From: Octopus vulgaris
Lineage: Eukaryota
Length of the DNA stretch: 64,000 bases
Assembly: GCA_951406725.2 (NCBI GenBank)
Contig: OX597837.1
Span: 47,182,001 to 47,246,000, forward strand
Direction: 5' to 3'
Shown: in pieces, positions 54,780-64,000 of the stretch
Numbering within the stretch: the stretch's first letter is position 1
How the letters are laid out: each line of letters opens with the position of its first letter
Notes under the pieces: model-generated
What the model was told of the DNA's origin: nothing
Seen by the model: the letters and a program-made list of their open reading frames with translations, nothing else
Database searches by the model: none
Position numbers and translations under genes: made by a program

Positions 54780-55215
54780 CTTCTTCTCTAATTCCACAAC
54801 AGATTCAGCTGCAAGAACAAGGTCATCAGCAGAGACACTCTAATGGGTAACCAGTTTTAAGTTCCTCCTTTATGGCCTGAAGGACCAGACCCTGGTGAAC
54901 TCAAAGCAGTTCACTAAATTTGTTGCTCTACTCATTGCCTACTTTCATCTAACTGACAACATTCCTGTTTAGGACTTAGATGGCTCTCACCAGCCAATCA
55001 TCAGCCCTTAGCTTCCATGGCAACCATGAGAGAGAGCAAGACCCTTGTCAAAGGCCTTCTTCATATCGACAAATGCCAAGTAGAGCTGTTTATTTTTGGC
55101 TAAATGCTTCTCCTGCAGCTGCTCTATTATGAAGATAGCGTTCGTAGTCCTCCTCCCTGGCATAAAATCAAGTTGCATTTCATCTGGGTTAACTCTCTTC
55201 CTAATTTTAAGCATC
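54780..55215 (-). mobile_element. RTE RT fragment
   Basis: QLDFMPGRRTTNAIF...LYLAFVDMKKAFD; ADDLVL downstream. Confidence 0.85.
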
Positions 55216-55744
55216 TCAGTGGTAATTCCTGATGGACCAAGGGCTTTTACTGTCTTTGTATTTTTAGTTCTTTATCAATCATGCTTCAAAATAAAAATCA
55301 AATGGAAATCGTAGTTATGATACCCGTGCTGGTGGCACGTAACAAGCACAATCCAAATGTAGCTGATGCCAGTGCTGCCTGACTGGCAGTGTTTCTACAG
55401 CTGGATGCCCTTCCTAACGCCAACTACTCCGTGAGTATAGTGGGTGCTTTATACGTGCCACCGGCACAGGGGCCAAAGGAGGCTGGCAAATGGCCACAAT
55501 CGGTTGGTGCTTTTTACGTGTAACCGACACTGACGCCAGTCAGGTAGCGCTGGCATCAGCCACATTTGGATGGTGCTTTTTACGTGCCACTAGCACAGGT
55601 ATCACAACTACAATATCTATTTGATATTCATTTTGATGTTGATGTACTTGACTCAATAGGTCTCCTCAAGCACAGCAGGTCGCCCTACGATCCAAGGTTA
55701 GCACAGCAGGCTGTCCTGCGAGCCATGATCTTACTATATATATA

Positions 55745-56050
55745 TCACGTGATCACGTGACCGACCAGGCTATCAGATGTTGCTACACATCGCTGGTCAC
55801 AATGCGCTTCGCATTGTTTTAGCCTTCAAAAGACGCCACCCCGCTGGCTAAGCGAGCAGGCCAACAGAAGAAAGAGTGAGAGAAAGTTGCAGTGAAAGAG
55901 TACAGCAGTGACTGCCGCCACCCCCTGCCGGAGCCTCGTGGAGCTTTAGGTGTTTTCGCTCAATAAACACTAACAACACCCGGTCTGGTAATCGAAATCG
56001 CGATCCTACGACTGCAAGTCTGCTGCCCTAACCACTGGGCCATTGCAGCT
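55745..56050 (-). mobile_element. tRNA-SINE (third family)
   Basis: tggcccagtggttagggc...gtttcgattacc A/B boxes; tail gtcacgtgatcacgtgata; related copy at 51340-51595 (+). Confidence 0.75.
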
Positions 56051-57079
56051 CCATATATATATAATTCTTTTACAGTTTCTAATGACTGGACAGTAGCCCT
56101 GTATGGTACCACCTTCAAACATTTTAATCAAAGATACTGACCCCTAGTATTTCAGTCAGGTATTTTGCTTAGTTGCCTTTATTTATCAAATGACTATATT
56201 ATGCTTTGAGACACCAGTGGTCTGACCCCAACTAAATATTACCCCAGACATTAACACACACACACACTGATCAATGACAATCTTCCAAGTAGATTTCATT
56301 TAGAAAAAGGGAGTGAGACTGATTCCAGAGCTAATCTGAGAGGAATAGTAAGAGGTCTGACCCACACCTTTCTCTCATCCTCACAAACAGGTAATTAGAA
56401 ATCAGAAAATATTTTCACAAGTAGTATTCAATAGCACTATCACAACTGCTGGTGCCATCCTCACCCCACCCCACGCACACACCCTTGTTACCTAGGCTAG
56501 CACCTACTAAGTGTCATATACCAAATCTTGTTATACCCAGTTATCTCAAATACTATCTTTCACCCCCACCCGCCTCAGCACATTCTCAAATTCTGACCCA
56601 GACAACGCTATCTATAATACTGTTATCATCATCATCATCATCATCAACAACAGCATAAATAACATCATTCTCACCTTTGCACTCCCTAGCAACAGTACTT
56701 ACAATAAACACCATCAACAAGAGCAAAAGGACTTTTGAAATTGTCAGTCAACCTGCTAGTCAAGGTCGGATTGTCTTTGGTCAATGGCCAACCGAATCAG
56801 AGTTGATAAGGGTTTAAACAACAACAATAATATTAACAGACCTAATGAAGGGTCTTCTAAGTGGTCATGCAACCTGCTGGAAATCAGAGCCAAATTTCCT
56901 TCATATCTTACACCTGACTATCTTAAAAATATATACTCTCAAGATGCTTACACTCTGTTGCACATGCATCCTGACATTGCACATCCAGTGAAGCATGCTA
57001 GCTTCATTTCTTACAAGCTTATGCATGTGCTCGGCAGTAACGGCCTGTGTTTCAATGCTATCTAGCATAGCTATTCATA

Positions 57080-57340
57080 TACAGGCATCATACAGTCTGC
57101 TTTTAACTCTGAGTGAGAGGCCCTTTGTTGCCAACAGAGGTAGGAACTCTTTGAACTTTGCTCAGCCTATTCTTATTTTTGCAGCTATGCTCTCAGAGCA
57201 TCCACCTCCAATGCTGACTTGGTCACCTAGGTAACGGAAGCTATCAACTACCTCTAGCTTACCCCACTGGCAGTTGATGGAGTCTATTTTCTGTACATTT
57301 TTAGTGCCTACTAGAGTACTCATTACTCCTTGGGTCACCT
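57080..57340 (-). mobile_element. RTE ORF fragment
   Basis: LEVVDSFRYLGDQVSIGGGC...KIRIG*AKFKE. Confidence 0.75.
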
Positions 57341-57910
57341 GAAAAATCTGGGTTTCCCAGCAACAGAGTTTTGGTTTGTGGGTGTTTTTTTCTTTTCCAG
57401 GTTATTTCATATGCTTTCAACGAATGTGACATCAAAAACAGCTACTTTCCCCAGAAAAGGAAATATTTGGCTGCTATTTCTTGCATGCTCTGCTACCATG
57501 TAACAGGTATTTCAGATCCTTAATTGCAAATAGCTGTTATGTGGTAGGAGGGCATGATAGAAATAGCAGCCAAACCTTTGGCACTGAGATACGTTGAATG
57601 CACTTGAAAAAGTTTTGTAATGGTATTCTCTTTGGGCAATCTTTCACTTTGATTCTCAGAAACAATTTCTCTCATAGCAGGCACATTAGGTATGGTAAAA
57701 AAATATTCAAATACATAACAAAAACACCAGGACTAACAAACACATATAACATATAGAAAATAGCACTACTAGGCACCGCACACATCCTACATAAAAAAAA
57801 CACTTTCAATACAGTGAAAGTAAGAGGATCACAACAGTACAACACCCCCCCCCAGTAGACAATATCTTCAATCAACAACCTCACAATATTGTATACTGTG
57901 CAACATCTAT

Positions 57911-57976
<66 letters not shown>
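57911..57976. repeat. (AAT)n microsatellite
   Basis: Direct reading. Confidence 0.95.
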
Positions 57977-57977
<1 letters not shown>

Positions 57978-58364
57978 GTGTGTGGATAGAAGAAAGAATA
58001 CTACTAGTGGCTCTGCAAAGAACACTAGTTATGGCTGATAACCAGAAACCTGAAATGAGAGACTGAAGTATTAATTACAGACACTTAGGAAGAAGGTATT
58101 AGGACAAATTGACAAAGATTGGAAAAAACTCAGAAAGCAAATGAAGAACCTACAGGAAAGGAGATAAAAGTATTAAACATTTCGTGCATGAATGCAATGC
58201 GTTAGCACAAGAAGAGTATAAGTAGAGACTATGACTACAGAAGCTGATAATTTGATGTTTAAGAGCAATAGAAGTATGCAGAAATCCTTCATCATAGACA
58301 CATACAGTGAGATTATCAAACTGTTGGCTGTGGTGGCAGTGGCATCATCATCACCATCATAGTA

Positions 58365-58588
58365 AGGCGGCAGCAACGTTAATGTGCTGGGCGAAATGCT
58401 TAGCAGTATTTCATCTGCCGTTACGTTCTAAGTTCAAATTCCGCCGAGGTCGACTTTGCTTTTCATCCTTTCGGGGTCGATAAATTAAGTACCGGTTACG
58501 CACTGGGGTCGATGTAATCGACTTAATCCCTTTGTCTGTCCTTGTTTGTCCCCTCTATGTTCAGCCCCTTGTGGTTAGTAAAAGAAAT
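58365..58588 (+). mobile_element. tRNA-SINE with Nin/Deu-like domain
   Basis: Near-identical to 37336-37567. Confidence 0.82.
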
Positions 58589-60149
58589 CAAAAAAAAAAT
58601 CCCATCACCATCACTGTCATTACCATGTCCATATTCTTAAGCTGACATGGTATGGATAAGACTTTTTGGGGTAGTATTCAATGGCTGGGTGGCTTTTTTG
58701 ACACTGCTTGTATGACAGTGACACTCATTTACAACCATCATACAATGTCAAGGCAACGAGACACAAACATACACACATATACAACAAGCTTCTTTCAGTT
58801 TCCATCAACCAAATATACTCGCAAGGCTTTGGTTGACCCATGGCTATAATAGAAGATACTTACCCAAGGCGCCATGCAGTAGGATTGAAACTGAAACTAT
58901 GTGGTCGGAAAGCAAACATCTTAAGCCACACAGCCATTCCTGTGCCTATCAATAAATAGAACCCCCCACCCTTAAATGTGGGGGAGGGGGTGAGATGGGT
59001 TTCTGTACAGGTTCCATCAATTAAACTCACCAGGCACAATGTAGAGGTCAGCCGAATCTACAGTGGGATTGTTCCCAAAACCATATGACTGCTAAGCGAG
59101 CCTCTTAACCACAAAACCATGCCTGAGCCTACCAACTTGCAGAGAAAAGAAACCTTTGAATAATGTACTTCTAGATACACTACTCTCTGAAACAAACACA
59201 CCATAGCTGGAATACCTCAATTCAGGCAGCCAGTTTAACCAACCCAACACTTCTACTTCTCTCTCTCTGCATGGTGGTCGTGGTGGTACACATAGATGTT
59301 TACATGACCTCTAACAGCCTGAAACAATCAACTTGATTTGATTACTACTACTACTGCTACGGTGAGGTGAAGCACCACTTTTCTTTGGTTATCTATAACA
59401 ACCTCTCATATATATAATCTAACCCTCATGCATGAAAAAATGTGGCTATCAAATACAAATAACATCACAGACACATACAGCTAATATAGTGTGTTGTATA
59501 TTACAGCAGACACATTTCTTTCTATGATGTACATGCATGTACATAATATATAAATTAATCCAGATGAACTTCTGCACATGGTATGTTAAAGAAAATGTGT
59601 GTGTGTGCATGTGTGCACACACAGATGCCAAAGCACACCACACATCTCACCTCATATAAAGACAAATATATTCAGGGTGTTTAGATGACTTTCTCTTGAT
59701 GACTTTTTATATCTTTTCTTTTTCAGGAACAGCAGCATTGGAAAGCATAAAGATTAACCCTTTAACCAACTACAATCCAAACCAGCCACAATCCAGACCA
59801 TAGATTCTACCAGTTGTATGTTGAAACTGGCCAGATCCAGCCTCTCACACCTACCTTGCAATGTCATTCTAAAAATAAACAATCACATAATTGAAATTTC
59901 AAGGTTCTGTGATAATACTTGATTAAATCAATATGAATGCTAAAGGGTGAAAGTTGTTGTTGAGAAAAAGCAGATGTGAAGAGCTGAAAGCCATCTGAGG
60001 TATTGGAAAACAGTTATGTGTATCATAACAGGTTGCACTAAGTGTCAACATGCCAACATCACGATTGCTGCTCAATGCTCTGTGAACAGTGTAAAGGCCA
60101 TAAGATGTGACATGGACAGCTACAACAGCCATGGCCAGCAGAAAGGGAC

Positions 60150-60760
60150 ATTGTAGGTGTTGGACTGCATGCACACTGCATGTGAGACAAAGTGAGTGAA
60201 GACTCGAGTAAGGAAATCTAAGCTCTTATGGGAGATGAGTGTTGAAGTTGCTACCATGAAGAGGAGCTTGAATGAAGGCCTTTGCTACCATTCATACAAG
60301 GGGCACAAGGGACAAATTCTGACAGCCAAGGCCAAAGAGAACTGCTTGAGAAAGGCAAAGAAGCTTCTGAACAAACTGAGGCAACCTGTTGAACTGGGGA
60401 TCAATCCCCTGGTTCTTCTCAGGTGAGAACTTTTGCCAGGACTGGTTGCACAACATCCAGAACAACAGGTGAGATCCCAGGTACCATGAAAACCAAGTTT
60501 CTTCAAACTGTGATGGTCTTTGGGTGTTTCCAATGTGAGTGATATTATGCTACCCCACATCTTTGAACAGGGCCTTAGACTCAATTCAGATGGCTATGCG
60601 AGGCTACTGGAGACTGGGTCAAACCCTGGTTGGAACAGGTTGCCGCTGGAAGGCCATATATGGCTGTAGGCTTTGACACCTTGCTGTACCCTCAGAAAGA
60701 GTTAGAAGAGGTTGTTGGAGAATTCCTACAACTTTCCCAGCCTCAATTTCTAGCCTAATC
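60150..60760 (+). mobile_element. DD37D/maT-like transposase fossil
   Basis: KAKKLLNKL...TKFLQTVMVFG...DIMLPHIFEQGLRLNSDGY. Confidence 0.72.
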
Positions 60761-61078
60761 CTCGCAGTTGGAACTGGCCAGGAGCAGGCGTCCACTGGGA
60801 TGGTCGGCAGCCCAGGTCGGTGAAGCAGTCCTCCTCGTTAGATGCAGGTGGAGTGTTGCAGAAAAGCGCACACACACACACACATTCATATACATATACA
60901 CACATATATTTACACTCGCACATACATATACATATGCACACATACATACATACATGTCACAATATATGGATTCAAGTAATCTGGTAAAGTTCCTTAATGT
61001 ACCATTCTATAAAACATATAGAATACATAGTACAATATAAGAGAAACTGATAATGAGTGTATAAAGTCAATACCGAAA

Positions 61079-61415
61079 TATGAGGGTGAGTCAATAAGTG
61101 ATGCCATTTTCTTTAAGACAGGTATAATTACCAACACAGGAACATGTATCATACATCAAAATGAAGCTGGTCCTCTGTGGATCACATCCCTACTTCTCAA
61201 CATAGTCACCGTTTCTCTCAATAGCAACGTTCCACCTTCGAATGAGGGCATGTATCCTTGCCCCGTAAAATTCTGTTGACTGTTTTTGAGCCACTTCTTC
61301 ACTACAGTTTTCACTTCCTCGTCACTGGACTATCATCTCTTTGGACCCATGAAAGAGGGTTTGAGAGGCAAACATTATTCCAGAGATGAGGAAGTGAAAA
61401 CTGTAGCGAAGAACT
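61079..61415. mobile_element. mariner 3' fragment with fold-back
   Basis: TA-TGAGGGTGAGTCAA terminus; SRDEEVKTVAK segment present in both orientations (61295-61329 and 61379-61413). Confidence 0.65.
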
Positions 61416-62869
61416 GTACTCTTCAAAATTTGCACTAAGAATAAGGACAAGGTAAAATTACCACCTGCTTTTATAGTAAGTTGATACAGGTAAATTGTCC
61501 TGTCCCCCTCCAACTTTTAGTTCATGGAATTGAAAAAACTGCATTATTATGGGATGACCCAATACTAAATGCAGACCGTTCCTTTGTAGCTACTATTTGC
61601 ACTATGCTAAGGAAAGTAACTCAAATACAGTGAAAAGATAGTAGTTAGATGTGGTGGTGGTGGTGGAGGTAACATGATGTTGGCATTGATAATGGTGAAC
61701 GGGGAGAAAATAGAGAGGGAGGGGAGGGTTGAAAGAGAAGAAATTAGCATTCACATAACTGAGTTAGAGAGAAAAAAAAACTGAGGAAAAAGAGAAAATA
61801 AGAGATAATAATGGTAAACAATGGCGATGGCAGTAGTTTTGATGTTTGTTTGTTGTTTGTGGTGAATGAAGAGGATTTTTGTGACAAGTTCCTTCTGCAA
61901 AAACCATTTTAATTTGTTTGATGGTTTGCTGAAGGAACTCAAAACGGCAACTTCAGTATCACAACCATAACTGATGATTTTAACGGACATGTTTGACAAT
62001 ACTGTGGTGGATTTTCTGGAGTACTTGGAATCAGGGCCAGTGCTAGAAAGTACAGGGTCCAATTAGAGAATTACAAGGGGGCCCCACCTGCTCTTCAAAA
62101 GCTGAAGACTGATGTTTTATTCTTCTTGTAGTGCACCAGTCCCAGCCAAAAAGCATTCAGGGCTTGATACAAAAATTTCATGATAGTATCCTGTTTGAGC
62201 ATGTGTGCTAGGCCCTCTCTTGGCGCAGGACCCAATTTGAACAAACCTGTCTAACTGGCTTAAAACTAGCCCTGCTTGGCAGTTATGGGTTTGGTACAAG
62301 GGTACCATAACAGCTAGAGTTTTGTAATGCAAATGATCTAGTGGTTTGAAACAAAACCTTCAGGAAATTACTCAGTCACCTGGTCACTTAACAATCAGGT
62401 GAGCACACCAGAAATGTAGATTTTATTCTCATCAGAAAGTGGGCGAGGTAGATGGCTTTAAATGCCATGCCTTTCCAGGGGAAGAATATATTTCCCAGTA
62501 CAGACTAGTGGTTAGCGACTTCAAAATAAGGGCTACTTCACCTTAGATACAAAAGATGGTTTAGAGGAGGAAGACTTGCAAGTTGAAATAACCATCTTTG
62601 AGGTTTTAACTGATGCTTTACATCAAGAGAGTAGAGGAGACAGCAAAAGCAAAACTGACAGTTTGGGGGTGGGGAGGGTTATCTGCTGCTAGTAAGTACA
62701 ATGTCTCATACACAAACACATGGAACAGGCTTCCATAAAGTTTTTGTCAACCAAATTCCACTAACTGGAATTGTTGACAGAAGATACCCGTCCCATGGTG
62801 ATGCGATGAAATTGAACCCAGAACCTCTCAGTCAATACAACCATGTCTGCAATCTTCGTTTTCAGATGT

Positions 62870-63215
62870 TAAAACTGGTATTCTGTCGGTTAAAACAATG
62901 AGGGTTCCAATTGATCTGAACAACAAAACAGCCCCAGCTTGTGAAATTAATGTGCAAGTGGCTGAGTACCCCACAGACACACACATAGCCTTAGTGTAGT
63001 TCTCAGGGAGATTTGGCATGACACAGAATGTGACAAGTCAGGCCCCTTTCAATTACAGGTACAAATCATTGAATGGACTGGAGCAACATGAAATAAAGTG
63101 TCTTGTTCAAGAACACAATGCCCCACCAGGAATCGACCTTATGACCTTATGACCTATGGCTTATGTCCTATGGCTTATGACCTTATGACCTAACTACTAA
63201 GCCTCGCACCTTCAC
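62870..63215 (-). mobile_element. tRNA-SINE
   Basis: ggcttagtagttag...ggtcgattcc, ttgaacaagacacttt core. Confidence 0.65.
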
Positions 63216-64000
63216 AAAAAACAAAAATGATGTAAAACATCTTTGACCAATAAGAGATTGATAAATGTCTTATAATAGCATTTTACTATGATAACATCAA
63301 TGTCAGATAAAAGAGATGAGAAGAGAAAAAGAAATGGAAAAATGAAGGAAAAAAAATAGATGAAATATTAAAGAAAAAGTAAAAAAAAAAGCAAAAGAAA
63401 GTTTTTTTTTTATGAGAATCAAATAACATTAAATAAAGGATTTTAAAAATGCCTGGAGTTTTATCCTTTTTTTAAATTTTAATTTCCATTCAAAATATCA
63501 AATTTATTTGCTGAAGCTTAAGTTTTGATTTGAAGGGATTCCATCTGGTTCTCTCTCCACAGATTCCCTTATTTAGGGCACTCACCTCTTCCAACCTCTC
63601 TCGTTTTCCTTCTCTCTTTCTCTTCTATTTTCCCCTTTAACGATTCCCTTGCTTTCTTCTTCTATATTTTCTCTCTTTTCATTTCCTTCCTCCAGATTCA
63701 TTCTCACTCTCATTCATTCATTCGTCGTCTCTCACACCCTGAGTCCCCCCTCCTGCCCCCCTCCCTCTACCACACAGAATCCTGTTTTCTATCAGCTTCT
63801 ATTAACTCTCTCTCTCTCTCTCTCTCTGTATATGTTCCTAGTTTCTCTCCCTCATTTGCTCACCCTTTCAAATCCTTCCATATTTGCTTTTTGCTTTCTT
63901 TCGTCATCCCCCCCCACCATCTATCCCTCCTTTCTGGCATTTCCACTATGTTCCAGAATATAAATCAGCGTGTGTGTGTGTATGTGTATGTGTGATGTAA

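Overview
AT-rich, repeat-dense eukaryotic DNA. The SINE, RTE-tail and microsatellite content looks like an octopod cephalopod (inference from recalled repeat families, not a search). The one host gene is a minus-strand SLC20/PiT (PHO4-family) Na+/phosphate cotransporter. Ten coding exons were reconstructed by hand from ATG 21256 down to position 70 (GT-AG boundaries, consistent phases, ~354 codons). The C-terminal PHO4 half lies beyond the window's left edge. Probable 5'-UTR exons lie at 21257-21819, 24671-24744 and ending at 41970, possibly also ending at 63586. When spliced they form two overlapping, exon-spanning uORFs. The rest is intronic or upstream DNA with tRNA-SINEs, RTE and CR1 LINE remnants, Tc1/mariner/DD37D fossils, TTAA MITEs, Helitrons and simple repeats. 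Several TA-flanked inverted repeats carry minimal hammerhead-ribozyme motifs typical of Penelope-like elements, including an apparent G3-C8 compensatory core variant.
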